Below, in pieces: positions 38,801 through 47,780 of a stretch of 63,264 bases of DNA; positions within the stretch are counted from its first letter, which is position 1; each line of letters begins with the position of its first letter. Below the pieces are notes generated by a model that saw only the letters and a list, made by a program, of their open reading frames with translations, had not been told where the DNA came from and searched no databases. A program made the position numbers and the translations under genes. The stretch comes from a virus. Lineage: Duplodnaviria; Caudoviricetes. The DNA lies in the IMG/VR virus record IMGVR_UViG_3300036770_000545, positions 1 to 63,264 of that record; one strand, 5' to 3'.

Positions 38801-39244
38801 TTGCTCCCCTTCAAGTTGTTCCTTAGTTAAATCAGAGAGAGGAACTGCTTTTTCTAAACGATCACCAAGGCGTTCACCAACTTCTGCAACAGCTTCTATG
38901 CCAGAACCAGTTAGCTCAGCAGCGCGACCGACCAAACCTTTAAATGGATTTTGCGTTTTTTCAACAAAAGGCTCTGCTTTAGGGACAAACCTAGCAGTCG
39001 GCACATTAGATGTAACAGGGACAGTCGGTTCCGGCGCAGTACCCGTAAAGAAAGAAGAAAAGTCTTCAGCAGGAGTTTCTTCTGCCTGTGCTGTTTCTAC
39101 CGGAACTGAGTCCAACTTCCCAGTAAAAGGCACAAATTTAGTGCCTTCGTCTTCTGGTTCGTCAAGTTTGCCCGTAAAAGGCACAAACTGAACAGACTTT
39201 TTTTCCGGTGGATCCAACTCTCCAGTAAAAGGCACAAATGCCAT
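32822..39244 (-). CDS. Very large internal virion (ejection) protein with HExxH motif
   Basis: 2140 aa, last gene of the virion arm; FLHEAVH; three N-terminal FVPFTG[EK]LD repeats. Confidence 0.7.
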   Translation of the reverse strand: MAFVPFTGELDPPEKKSVQFVPFTGKLDEPEDEGTKFVPFTGKLDSVPVETAQAEETPAEDFSSFFTGTAPEPTVPVTSNVPTARFVPKAEPFVEKTQNPFKGLVGRAAELTGSGIEAVAEVGERLGDRLEKAVPLSDLTKEQLEGEQQLKPLFTWAKSLKDWGKDIGYAPSTQLGDLADNPLNTIPFIAERVVTSVPDMAAAVINLPAYVGARTKEILDERVKNDNKTLNEATVSDVTAAAGAAVIEATLERFATRRLGIGKATPESTVTGRIAKETGVQSGTEAVEESASYLGETAGTLRGSDIKELGERALEGAIVGGGLGATVQTAKEGVSPFIEQRERKQAELEAQNKLRQANAEQLGPVFDALVTQVKAENPGMSEINAYKEAGRRLTTLGGPIDEGAGVGTGGGEPSVPLPSGKRVDAEPTAAVTEVGLEAVGVPSAPAGDVGDRAAVELPAIEPVTKDAIRQKYVPYVATDILNRAYVIVKEAKDQGADVSEDVALRQAETEVTEGVDPALLIADPNKRYTLTPEEKTQFTALNTELDAAQVEQERATQALNDALGFDITSSEFYDPTRLKSDFESALENEREGKDLSDYDRSFLKPEVRPLIENFFGAVDRVNEVQDQLTPLQNTIIDGVPREVTKTAAPTETVPLDQTTANTPASQLSVNPETGLKPPGKRGGRKPVVRTPEEQAAAEAQRAERQKVGKDAIRAAEKARKVIEKPFNPDDYDNLDAARAAGLELQTERDAALTEAFRVLADRNISPTSKAKQIAKTVIDHPSVDAQEKRRAQQRAQQSQTARSGLLEGSTNSETDPSYLIEDFGTATKAAEYIMRTGNAFEKLLAQRIKPFLKGVKLVIVNDPRTDIPDTKTRAAFRGATGLYVENDQGRTIYLSNLAGLEGINNMTFLHEAVHGATMAQINAWLKDPNSVSPQARTAMEEMQKTMLSAYKFYALMNVKGKTDDLEDILFDKLNAFTDIKEFVAYGLTQPEMQNFLQKVPGRYEFGSKLLNRGLLTKFVQSIRKMFNMGPQYASAFQDLVVVTDQLLRASGPTPSQGTIIAAAKKVRKQNKTLEKILKSNNASAKNAGIGQLFMETRNAKSAIRLLRSTFDALTVSSIRKIMPTLTTEDITRWAGDRIVNLEKVNDAVQDMAGMRAKMIRELAERVPQWVKFGQRYEKGGRTLGEVMHASTLLAVDPTQHKDLASALNNDSQLQKLKADYQAALADPAKTPRQRTAAKGAVTKRENELKIVYEGGTVVNPDTGEKYTIEGWEQLGKYGNGEGHEIFKMAKDAYKDTFDLHQQLLIDKITKANIPGQVNNPNTPKGKLIAQITQTFQEAQQLGIYFPLMRYGNFWLRIGKGKSGEFHMFESATARNNYARQRAEEAGKTYEDVLTDQSFEVGDDLNQIRNEVMESSQMLKDIFKALEDGSVVDPTTGKAGITDIDAVKDQVYQMYLMTLPDRDIRRKFTHRQGKTGFSADVLRNFITSQHTAANQLSRLAYADDVRLALGSAYAELAGNPDALKLRAFVDEIAIRATAEMTPQVPGEFNWDALANIGNQAVFYYMLTSPKSALVQMTQLPIVGLPVLAAEYGTIKAAATAARYSNLFNKFGTTKRDANGNVTTKWGEPSINDSAYVNKHPNLNYRRILKRAWEAGQDKDLFMSTYASDMTARAQAPTAEYQGLPSKGFHAILNFMGGAFHHLERISRETMYMSAFELEFARSKEQGLNDNEAATKAIDVATKLVYESLFNYTQYNKPRLMKANAATKLGTQFMTYPLQMTSYLVRNFYGMLPYLNKEDKRDAAIKFFGTLGMTWLFAGVVGLPGYSMILGLAEGLREALRPEMGDEDEDLFYDENDEGNPLGKRNLKLWFEEWLIPTYFGSGSDLATALGLTEEQALTLQRSVKMGPISGLTDLNIAASTSLDGMWFREDVPAATSREAWQNFLIGLAGPFGSMGEQMFAALDDYNNGELNKALEKISPAFIRGLITANRLREEGLKTSSGDQIRDAEWYTTGKLLAQSLGFQSTEVAEIQKKNFRAKQMVRTIEKERTKVLRDLDKAYVRYNENPTEANDEAIDEAYTAIAEYNYKNQAVLPITQDTIISSLSGKAKRRAIAEEGLSVDPRLANTVFELTEKTRVPQEQK

Positions 39245-39254
39245 ACTGAACTCC

Positions 39255-40550
39255 TTATTCTTGGATCACCATCTTACCATTGGGAAGTTTATAAACTGGC
39301 TTACCACCTGAAGTGCCCATGTACGTAGCACCGGCAGGTAGTCCCGCAGGTGCCGCAGCAGGTTTAGCCGCAGTAGGTTTAGCCGCAGTAGGTTTAGCCG
39401 CAGTAGGTTCCGCAGTTGTTTTCAAACGGTCTTCTATCAATCTTTGTCTATACTCTTCCGCTTTGTTTGAATAGTTAGGATCTCCAGGTTGAGCACCAGA
39501 TTTTTCGTTTGCTAGCCGGTCTTCCCTATCTCTCCTGTTGTATTCTCTTTGTTGGGTTCTATTCCCACCGGGCGCAATAGCTCTATCTACTGCTTCTACT
39601 GCTTTTTCTCGTGCAGTTTGTTCAACTTTTGTTCCTGCGGTTTCAGCTTGAGACACAGCAGCTCTAGCCCTTGTCTCGGCAGCACCATACCTACTAAGGT
39701 ATTCGTTAGCACCTTTTTGGCGAAGGACCGATTCAGGAGTTTTTGTATCACCGGTTGCACGGGCTGCTTTAACGTAGTCCTCTATATAACTTCTTTGGTC
39801 AGTAGGCTTACCCGCAGAAATATTGGCGGCTTGTATCGTAGCGTCAATTTGTGCTTGTTTAGCTTCGTCTGACAACGTACCTTCAAACAGCTTGAGCCTT
39901 TCAGCACGATCTGCCGCAGAAAGAGCGCTTCTACGTTTACGTTGCTCTGCAATATCCCCTGCGTAACCTTGGATTGCAGGCATAGCGCCTTTAAGGTTTG
40001 CAGCAAAATACGGAGAAGTGCCACTTGCTATACCAAGACCTGCTTCAATTAAACGCATGGCACGCTGTTGAGCGGCTTCTGCATCCATACCCGCAAGTTC
40101 TTTTTGAGCAGCCTCATTTTCACCGACAAACTGTTTGTACAGTTCTTGCCTTTGCCTAAATTTATCTTCGAGGCTAGATGCCCCACCACCTTGGAACGCC
40201 ACAATCCCACCGCCAGCCATGTCAATTGACTCCATGTTTGGAGCAGGAAGTGCAGCAACTCCAGCCTCTGTCATCCGATCCGGGGGAGGCATCTGTGCTT
40301 GCATTTCACCCATGGCGTTCTGAGCTATGATCCCCTCTAACACTGTCGGGGCAGGCATCTGTTGCTGGGTTCTCATCGCGGCAAGAGCGGCAGCAGCTTT
40401 GCTCTGTTCAGCCTTCTCTCCAAGAATAGGAGCCACAAACCCGACTGGAATCTGACCAGACTGGGCCAACTGGATAATGGCCTCTTGGGGCAGCATAGCC
40501 AATTCAGCAATCGGCTTATTCAAGACTTTAAGATTTTGAACAATGCTCAT
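39255..40550 (-). CDS. Internal virion/ejection protein
   Basis: Ala/Gln-rich helical protein, MAGGGIVAFQGGG, PTAAK repeats. Confidence 0.65.
   Translation of the reverse strand: MSIVQNLKVLNKPIAELAMLPQEAIIQLAQSGQIPVGFVAPILGEKAEQSKAAAALAAMRTQQQMPAPTVLEGIIAQNAMGEMQAQMPPPDRMTEAGVAALPAPNMESIDMAGGGIVAFQGGGASSLEDKFRQRQELYKQFVGENEAAQKELAGMDAEAAQQRAMRLIEAGLGIASGTSPYFAANLKGAMPAIQGYAGDIAEQRKRRSALSAADRAERLKLFEGTLSDEAKQAQIDATIQAANISAGKPTDQRSYIEDYVKAARATGDTKTPESVLRQKGANEYLSRYGAAETRARAAVSQAETAGTKVEQTAREKAVEAVDRAIAPGGNRTQQREYNRRDREDRLANEKSGAQPGDPNYSNKAEEYRQRLIEDRLKTTAEPTAAKPTAAKPTAAKPAAAPAGLPAGATYMGTSGGKPVYKLPNGKMVIQE
39361..39408. repeat. 15-bp tandem repeat encoding PTAAK
   Basis: GGTTTAGCCGCAGTA x3. 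Confidence 0.9.
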
Positions 40551-40562
40551 GGCTGTCCCTTA

Positions 40563-41681
40563 CTATTTGTTCAGCATTTGATACAAACCAAGACCTGAAA
40601 GCCCCAGACCGGTCAACTGACTTGCAAACGATGGAGGCGGCGTAGTTGAGGTTTGAGTAGTATCCGTCATGGGTATACCACGCAACAGGTTAGAGAGTTG
40701 ACCAACTTGAGTCTGTCCGTACTGAGCTTGGTTCATCAAGTCTTGGCGCTGAGCATCTAGCTGTTGCTGATACAGAGCACGCTGCAAGTCACCGTATGCG
40801 CCTTGCGTCTTCAGGATGTCTAGTTGACCGGCAAGCTGCTGCGTTCCAAGCCCACCCATCTGTCCTGCCAAACTTGTCAGCCCTGTGGCTGCACCGAGAC
40901 GCTGTTGCCCTGCCTGAAGACCTGCGGCCTGATTTGCCCTCTGAGCCTCAAGACTCTGACCCGCACCAAGCTGCTGAACTCCAAGAGCAGCCGCCAAGTT
41001 TTGTTGGGCAGTACCCATCTGGGCAGCACGATCTCGTTCAAACATAGATTGCGCTTGACCGTATGCCTCTTGAAGGCCACGAGCTTGAATATCGCCCAAC
41101 TGGGTCCGAAGCCCAGACTCCCGCTCACCCTGAAGAAGTGCCTGTCTTGCACCGCCGTAAGTACCCTGTCGGGCTGCGGCAAGATTCTGTCCAAGTTGAG
41201 CTTTTTTAGCTGCATCAATCGCCTGACGCTGCTGGATGTCCACCACGTTCTGCATGTACGGAGACATGTAACGCTGAGCAGCTTCTCCAGTAAACATCTC
41301 CGGGCTAGCCAGTTGGTACTGAGTTAGTTGAGGCGCGGCTACACTTTCAGCCTGCAATCCAAGCAGTCCTTCTAGTCCAGCACCAGCGACTTGACCAGCC
41401 TCGGTTGCGTATCCAAACGCACCTGGAACACGGAGGTTTAAAAGCTCCTGCCCAACATTCTGTTGGAACTGAGACATCGGCGCGACCGAACCAGCCCCCA
41501 TGAGGTTCTGCTCATACAGAGGCTTGTACATCTGCTGATACGCTTGGGCACCAGACAAACCACTTGGGTAGATGGATTGGATACCACGCTCGATTAACCC
41601 TGGTTGACCTGCTTTGCCAAGGTAAAACGGTTCTAGTGCCTTTGGTACGTCACCAGATGTGGTTATAGTTTGCGTAGCCAT
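40563..41681 (-). CDS. DNA transfer/pilot-type ejection protein
   Basis: Gln/Ala/Gly-rich; YMSPYMQNVVD, GTYGGARQA; hydrophobic C-terminus. Confidence 0.7.
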   Translation of the reverse strand: MATQTITTSGDVPKALEPFYLGKAGQPGLIERGIQSIYPSGLSGAQAYQQMYKPLYEQNLMGAGSVAPMSQFQQNVGQELLNLRVPGAFGYATEAGQVAGAGLEGLLGLQAESVAAPQLTQYQLASPEMFTGEAAQRYMSPYMQNVVDIQQRQAIDAAKKAQLGQNLAAARQGTYGGARQALLQGERESGLRTQLGDIQARGLQEAYGQAQSMFERDRAAQMGTAQQNLAAALGVQQLGAGQSLEAQRANQAAGLQAGQQRLGAATGLTSLAGQMGGLGTQQLAGQLDILKTQGAYGDLQRALYQQQLDAQRQDLMNQAQYGQTQVGQLSNLLRGIPMTDTTQTSTTPPPSFASQLTGLGLSGLGLYQMLNK

Positions 41682-41690
41682 ATTGTTTCC

Positions 41691-44600
41691 TTACGCTGGC
41701 ATTAAGCGTTCAGCATTGATTTCGGGAGGTTGTTTTGTTGTTCCGTGCCGAGCTTTGCGTACACGGTCCATCATAGCGTACAGCTTCTTGGCACCGGAAT
41801 TACTAGATCCGTTGCCTATATCAGCCACTACATCGGCTGGGACCACAAATTCATCGTTGGCAAGTCGAGCCTCTTGCACACCTTCAATGGTTGCAGGGAC
41901 GTTATCGCTCATGCCATCACCAGCACCCCTAACCATCCTGGGCTCTCCAGTCGGAGCAGTCGTTCCACCATATTCAAAGGTGGGCATACCGCCACGGTTC
42001 AGGGCAATGATTCCGCCGCCAGCCATCGGGACTCGACCAAGAGTGCGGGAGAACAAATCACCATAACGACGCCGCCGCTCTTCTTCCTCGGCTTCAAGAC
42101 GACGCTGCTCTTCCTCGTACTTCTCCATCTCGTTTTTGGCTTCTTTAGCTGCGTACAACTGAGAACCGATAAACGCGGTCTGAATAGGCTTGTCAACAGC
42201 GTAATCAACAATGTTTCCGGGCAAATCAGCAATGGTCTGTGGAAGGTTTTGAACACCCTCAATAACCCTACCCGGGGCTTCTGAAATATAAGTAACCGCT
42301 TCTTCTAAATACGTCGGTGGAGGTGGTGGAGTGGCGCCAGATACTGCTGCGCCAGGGCCTTGATAATACTCTCCTACGTCAGCACCAATGCTAGTTGTTG
42401 GCTCTAACGCACTAATCTGAGATGTCGGCAATGCTGCTACATCAACTGAAGGAACCGTCGCGGGGGGTGACAGGTCCCCCAAAGATCCAACGTCGCTAAT
42501 GTCATAGGGGCCACCAGTTCCTGCTGCGCTTTCAACACCACTAGTGGACTCAGCACCCGGAGGAAACATATCTTTAGCAATTTTTGTCGCCGCCGCTGCA
42601 ATCGCTGCACGTTTGACATCAAAGCTACTTCCTTTTGGAGCAAGTCCCGCATATATACCAGCGCCAATTGGCCCAAGAAAATGAGCAGCAGCAATCTGAC
42701 CAACTGGGCCAAGCTTATCCGCAATGCTCTCAATCCCTCGCTCAATCTTCTTTCCAGCAGAAGATATGGGTTTGTAGATTTCTTTAGGGACAACTTTTTT
42801 AATAAACTTTTTAAGGAACTCAGGCTGACCTGTCTTTGGGTTAATCGTTCCAGAACCACCAAGTAATTTCAGAATGCCTGCTTCTTCTGGGGTAATGTGG
42901 GCAAGAACCGTGTCCTCGCCTCGACCAGCAGAACGAACCTTTTCAGCCATTTCCGGCAGCGACAACGAAGCAACTCCACCCTCTTTAAAGCTACGAGCCT
43001 GCTCTTCAGCCTGCCGCAACTGTGGGTTGAACACCTGATCCCGCTGGAACTCGTTGATGTAGAACCTGCCGGTATTGGGATCAATGTAGTCCTGAACGTT
43101 GAACTCGGAGCCAACTTCAGCGGGGGCAAACCTGGGCATACCACCCTCAGCAAAGCTAACCATCCCACCCATGCGTCCTGTAACGGGAGCGGTAACTGGT
43201 GCCTCTGCTACTACCCCTGCTGGAACCGGGGCTGTTGGTGAAACCAGAGCCTGAGCAGCCAAAGCGGCTTGCAACTCTGCCACCGTTGGAGCAGGGGCAA
43301 TGTACTGAAGCGCTGAAATGGGTAGGTTCGGAGAGCCCGGTGGTGTCGTTGGGAACGGTGATGCAACTGGTGCCGGTGCCCCAGGGCCCTGAAGCAATGG
43401 AAGCGTGGTCGGCAGCGTTCCAAGACCTTGACGCAGGTTTACGTTCTCAGGAGTCAGCGTCTGGAATCTGTAGGGCAGCGTTGGGAACGGCGTTGCAATC
43501 GGAGTGTTCGCAAAGTAATCAATAACAGGGTTCCTTGCTGCTGGCCCAGTCATAAACTGCACAGGCGCAGGTGCAGCCGCCGCTGCGGTCTCAGGCCCAG
43601 GGATGCCCCTAAAGAACGAGTAATAGTCTGTCTCTGGAACAGTGGGAGCAACAGGCGCAGCAGGAGCCTGAATCGTCGGTGCCGTAACAGTCGGCTGAGT
43701 AGGCTCAACCGGGCGTCCAGATATAATCGGCTCATCCGGGGGACGTACAGTCTGAGGTGTTCTATCAAACTGAATCGGCTGCTCAACGTACAAACTCCCA
43801 GGCGCTTGGAGAGCCAGATTCGGGAAGTACTGTTGGATGACCTCTGAAGATACGCGGTCCTCGCCAAACAAAGTCCGGGCGCGGTTGGAAATATCCGCAT
43901 CGGTATAGCCAAGACTCTTCAACAGATTTACGTCTGCTTGGTCAAAGATGCCCTGCTGGCCAACCTCAAACTTGCCGTAGTCAGCAAAAATGTCACCCGC
44001 AATCGGGCTCAATTCAGGCGTCGCATACTTCTTGGTATTGGCGTTGTACTTAAGAAGATCGGGGCGAATGGACCCAATCCCGTAGCTTCTTGCAATCTCG
44101 GCAATCTGTTCTGCTGGAACCTTCTGCTCACGCAAAAACGCCAAGTCATTGGCATCGAATATTCCTGCTGCACCAGTCTTTGCCTGCAACGGAGTGGCCT
44201 TGGCCCCAGTGTCAAAGAACTGCTTATAAGACTCTGGCGACAGGGCAGAGGTGTACTGATCTGCAATGTACTTTCGAGCAACCCCAGAATTGATTCCACC
44301 AAGCTCGTAGTTGCCAAGCACCTGACGGATCTGGTCCTCGCTTAACTTTGCCCCAGTCAGGATTGATAGCTCATCACCAGTAAAGTTGCCTTTGTTGGTG
44401 TCGTACTTTTCAGTGTAGTTTTCTGCAATGTACTGACGGGCCTGCTCGGGCAGGAACTTCATGAAGTTTGCTGTGTGCTTGCCAGTCTTTGGGTCGATCA
44501 GCTTGTACTTCTCAGGATCACCCAGCACATCATTGGTTCTGAACTTGGATGCTGTAGCCAAGTCCATCTTGTCCGTATCGAACCGATCAGCAATCCTGCT

Positions 44601-45011
44601 GATTTGATCTAGGTCGGTAACTCCACGAGCCTTGAGGAAGTCGAGGTCAGCCTGAGTAAACCTGCCCTTTGACTCGTCGTATATTTCGTAGTTGTCGATA
44701 AGATGCTGACGAGCTTCTTCAGGAAGATTCTTAATAAACTTTTCAGTTCTCCTGCCGGTCTTTGGATCAATGAGCCCAAACTCGGTTGGGTAGCGCAAGC
44801 CAAAGTCACGGATTAGCTCTGGAGTCTGTGAGCCAAACTTTCTAAACCCAGACTGAATATCGTTGACGCCGTAGAAGGAGTAATGAAACCAAGCATCGTC
44901 AAATGTATTGCCGAACTCAACCCGAACGTCAGGGTTTCCAGCTAAATACGTTTTCCACTGGCTTCTAAACTGAGCCTCAGTCAGCGGTTTATATTTTGGG
45001 TTGGGCGTCAT
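41691..45011 (-). CDS. Internal virion protein, multidomain
   Basis: 1106 aa; GRGEDTVLAHITPEEA..GGSGTINPKTG, GAGDGMSDNVPA..EFVVPADVV, several xxGG motifs. Confidence 0.65.
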   Translation of the reverse strand: MTPNPKYKPLTEAQFRSQWKTYLAGNPDVRVEFGNTFDDAWFHYSFYGVNDIQSGFRKFGSQTPELIRDFGLRYPTEFGLIDPKTGRRTEKFIKNLPEEARQHLIDNYEIYDESKGRFTQADLDFLKARGVTDLDQISRIADRFDTDKMDLATASKFRTNDVLGDPEKYKLIDPKTGKHTANFMKFLPEQARQYIAENYTEKYDTNKGNFTGDELSILTGAKLSEDQIRQVLGNYELGGINSGVARKYIADQYTSALSPESYKQFFDTGAKATPLQAKTGAAGIFDANDLAFLREQKVPAEQIAEIARSYGIGSIRPDLLKYNANTKKYATPELSPIAGDIFADYGKFEVGQQGIFDQADVNLLKSLGYTDADISNRARTLFGEDRVSSEVIQQYFPNLALQAPGSLYVEQPIQFDRTPQTVRPPDEPIISGRPVEPTQPTVTAPTIQAPAAPVAPTVPETDYYSFFRGIPGPETAAAAAPAPVQFMTGPAARNPVIDYFANTPIATPFPTLPYRFQTLTPENVNLRQGLGTLPTTLPLLQGPGAPAPVASPFPTTPPGSPNLPISALQYIAPAPTVAELQAALAAQALVSPTAPVPAGVVAEAPVTAPVTGRMGGMVSFAEGGMPRFAPAEVGSEFNVQDYIDPNTGRFYINEFQRDQVFNPQLRQAEEQARSFKEGGVASLSLPEMAEKVRSAGRGEDTVLAHITPEEAGILKLLGGSGTINPKTGQPEFLKKFIKKVVPKEIYKPISSAGKKIERGIESIADKLGPVGQIAAAHFLGPIGAGIYAGLAPKGSSFDVKRAAIAAAATKIAKDMFPPGAESTSGVESAAGTGGPYDISDVGSLGDLSPPATVPSVDVAALPTSQISALEPTTSIGADVGEYYQGPGAAVSGATPPPPPTYLEEAVTYISEAPGRVIEGVQNLPQTIADLPGNIVDYAVDKPIQTAFIGSQLYAAKEAKNEMEKYEEEQRRLEAEEEERRRRYGDLFSRTLGRVPMAGGGIIALNRGGMPTFEYGGTTAPTGEPRMVRGAGDGMSDNVPATIEGVQEARLANDEFVVPADVVADIGNGSSNSGAKKLYAMMDRVRKARHGTTKQPPEINAERLMPA

Positions 45012-45034
45012 AATTTGTCCTCAATGTGACCCAG

Positions 45035-45865
45035 TTACGCTATCGTTATTGTAGGCGCATAGCCTTGAAGTGACAACGCCTCTGAGCCTGATTGATATGT
45101 CAAAGCAAGAGACGGCGCTGCTCCCTGAATAACCAGTCGATCTGGCAAGATCGGAGCAAAAGCTGCTGGTAGGGCTGAAACAAAGGTTGCAGTAAGTATA
45201 ACCGAGGCAATCTCTGGCCTCGTAGGGCTTGTCCCGGCAGCGTAGTGCTCTATATACATATCCGCGCCGTCTGACCACCAAGCCATTTCCAGATACTCAC
45301 CGTTGGTTACTGTAAAAATACCCGAGATGTTGGCTGTAACGTGAGAATAAACAGATAAACTTTTGCGTGCTGGAATATCAAATCTGGTATTACTAAGTGG
45401 GTAATTGACTCCGCTGTTCTTGGCCCAAACCTCAAACTCTGCTGCCGAATTACCCCGGTTAGCAAACTGGAATCTAGCTGTAACTAAATACTGACCAGCA
45501 CATGCAAATCTAATCTTAGTGGTGTCTTCAACTTCAATACCGTTATTAAATATAACTTGATTAAATGTGACGATATTCTCTGAGGTTATGCCAGCACTTG
45601 CCTGATCTTGGTCCGACATTAACATGGCGTATGGCACTTCTAAACCACGGCCAAACCCCCTTAATACTCCGCCATTAAACTCGGCTCCAGAAAACGTACC
45701 ACCGAAAAAGTTCTGAGCCCTGTAAGACTGGGCCTGCTGGGGTGTCAGCGAATCAATCAGGTTGAAGTAAAGACGCAGTGCACGGATAAGCTCGTTTTGT
45801 TGCCTTGCATCATACTGCCCAGGTGGCAGCGGCAGCGCTGGAGCACGGAAACCGACTAGCGCCAT
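45035..45865 (-). CDS. Virion protein after nozzle
   Basis: 276 aa, APALPLPP..YD...LRLYFN N-terminus, beta-rich C-terminus. Confidence 0.6.
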   Translation of the reverse strand: MALVGFRAPALPLPPGQYDARQQNELIRALRLYFNLIDSLTPQQAQSYRAQNFFGGTFSGAEFNGGVLRGFGRGLEVPYAMLMSDQDQASAGITSENIVTFNQVIFNNGIEVEDTTKIRFACAGQYLVTARFQFANRGNSAAEFEVWAKNSGVNYPLSNTRFDIPARKSLSVYSHVTANISGIFTVTNGEYLEMAWWSDGADMYIEHYAAGTSPTRPEIASVILTATFVSALPAAFAPILPDRLVIQGAAPSLALTYQSGSEALSLQGYAPTITIA

Positions 45866-47778
45866 TACCGTCGTCCGTCAGGTCTTACATCTAACCGAAC
45901 CGAACCAAGCTGCCATTGAACCCCCAAGTCGTCTGACTCGACCCTAAACGCCACCTGCCTGCCCCTGGCCCTGAGGAACACCTGACCCGTGTAGGAGGCG
46001 TTGATGGGCACCTCCACTACAGACTGGGTATCAGCGGCATCTGATGCGTATGGGGAGCCAGAAAAGCGCTTTGTCTTGATGGTCATTGTCAACTCGGGGC
46101 TAGACGCCGTCGAGCGGTTAAAACTGAAGTCTGGGATCAACCGACGGGTCAACATAAACTGCTCACCGTCACCCAAGTCGAAGTCGTTTGACTCAATATA
46201 GGCTGTCATTGGAGCGCCGTCGTCATCCACGCCAACTTCATGCTCGTACAGATAGCCAGAATCAGCATCCTGTTCTGTGCTTGCAGCCAACGGGTTTCCA
46301 CGAAGCGCAGTATCCAGCCATGCGGTTCGGACGATATTGCCGTAATACCAGCAGTTTTCTAAATGGTTGAAGATAACGTAACGGTCATTCCAGTTTGAAT
46401 TAGCGCTTGGATAGAACCACCAAATCTCCGTAAACCCTTCGTTTGTTCCAGCAATAATCTGATCTGCTTGGCTAAAGTTTATGTCTGAATAAACATATTC
46501 GCGGAGCGTGCACGGAAGGGTTTGAACCTGACCGGTATAGACATAAAACTTATCTTGGCCCATCCAATATGTAATGTTGTTGGCTGAAGCAACAGCGCGA
46601 GGAGCAATAATCGAAATGTTATCTGCCAACTCCTGCAACGCAAACACTTCAGTCGTGCCTGTATATTGAAGTGAATACAGATTGGAGTTGGTCCAGATCA
46701 AAATCTCTTGTCGGGTAGCCAAACCACGGACGATCTTAGAGCCCCGAGAGACCCGTATAAATCCAGCCGAGTTAGCCCCACTAGGATTCCAAACCTGTGG
46801 CTCGTCCTGACTGGCCCAGCGAATAAGCAGCGGGTCTGCATCTGGAACCGGCCCGGTTGTGTAGTAGGGCGTGCAGCCAAGAGCCAACAAATGCTTGTCG
46901 TTCTGAGAAACCAGCACTTGCATGGCTTCTGCTGGAACGCTGTTTGCTCCTGTTAGGCTTGAAAGTAAAGTTGCTCTTACAGCAAGAGCGGTTGTTGGTA
47001 TGGTTAATGACCCGCGCTCCCAGTAATAAATAGCTCCATTACGGATGTTCATCACCAAGTCGTTGTCAAAGTTATCAAACCACCAGTCTTGTTGTTGGGT
47101 TGTAAATGGCGTGTCTCCACTCAGACCCCAACCGTAGTTTCCGCTCCAAGCACCAGCGCCCCATCCGTACCCTAAAATATTTAAAGCTGGTCCAGTAGGA
47201 ATCTCATACTCTCCAACAACCGAAGCTCCACCATCACCAGAGTCAGAGGCATTGGCAAGTACCGCCGCTCCCGTAGATGGATTCTTTGCAATGATGGTGT
47301 AGGTACTTGAATTCACTACTGTTGCGATCTCGTAGTTTTGATTCAGCACAGCAGCGGTTATATTGCCGCCCAAAGATACTGCACCACTAAAAGTGACAAA
47401 GTCCCCTGCCGATGAGCCAAACCCTGTATCCGAAACGGTAATAACAGAAGATCCGCTTGTGGCTGCAAAGGTCACATCGCCAGCGGCTGTGGTATCCCTG
47501 ATGGGGGTAATGTCGTAAAACACCCCACCGACCTCGATGTAAACCTTTTTGTTGGTACCGACCGCAAGAAAGTTATCGGAAAAGGATGTTATCCAGTTCC
47601 ACATTTGACGGCAGACGCCAAGAAACGCTGCCGGAGTTGGCTTAACCCAGCCACCTATCTTCTGTGGAAAACCAGAAAAGAATCTGATTTTGTCACACTC
47701 GTAAAAGCCACCCTCTCCAGCATAGCTGGTGGTGTCTCTGTTAACACCCGGTCGAAAGTTGAGCTTTAAAAAGGGCAT
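45865..47778 (-). CDS. Tail nozzle / DNA stabilisation protein (P22 gp10-like)
   Basis: 637 aa, FRPGVNRD, KIGGW, IRWASQ, EIWWFYP; position before ejection proteins. Confidence 0.75.
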   Translation of the reverse strand: MPFLKLNFRPGVNRDTTSYAGEGGFYECDKIRFFSGFPQKIGGWVKPTPAAFLGVCRQMWNWITSFSDNFLAVGTNKKVYIEVGGVFYDITPIRDTTAAGDVTFAATSGSSVITVSDTGFGSSAGDFVTFSGAVSLGGNITAAVLNQNYEIATVVNSSTYTIIAKNPSTGAAVLANASDSGDGGASVVGEYEIPTGPALNILGYGWGAGAWSGNYGWGLSGDTPFTTQQQDWWFDNFDNDLVMNIRNGAIYYWERGSLTIPTTALAVRATLLSSLTGANSVPAEAMQVLVSQNDKHLLALGCTPYYTTGPVPDADPLLIRWASQDEPQVWNPSGANSAGFIRVSRGSKIVRGLATRQEILIWTNSNLYSLQYTGTTEVFALQELADNISIIAPRAVASANNITYWMGQDKFYVYTGQVQTLPCTLREYVYSDINFSQADQIIAGTNEGFTEIWWFYPSANSNWNDRYVIFNHLENCWYYGNIVRTAWLDTALRGNPLAASTEQDADSGYLYEHEVGVDDDGAPMTAYIESNDFDLGDGEQFMLTRRLIPDFSFNRSTASSPELTMTIKTKRFSGSPYASDAADTQSVVEVPINASYTGQVFLRARGRQVAFRVESDDLGVQWQLGSVRLDVRPDGRR

Positions 47779-47780
47779 TG

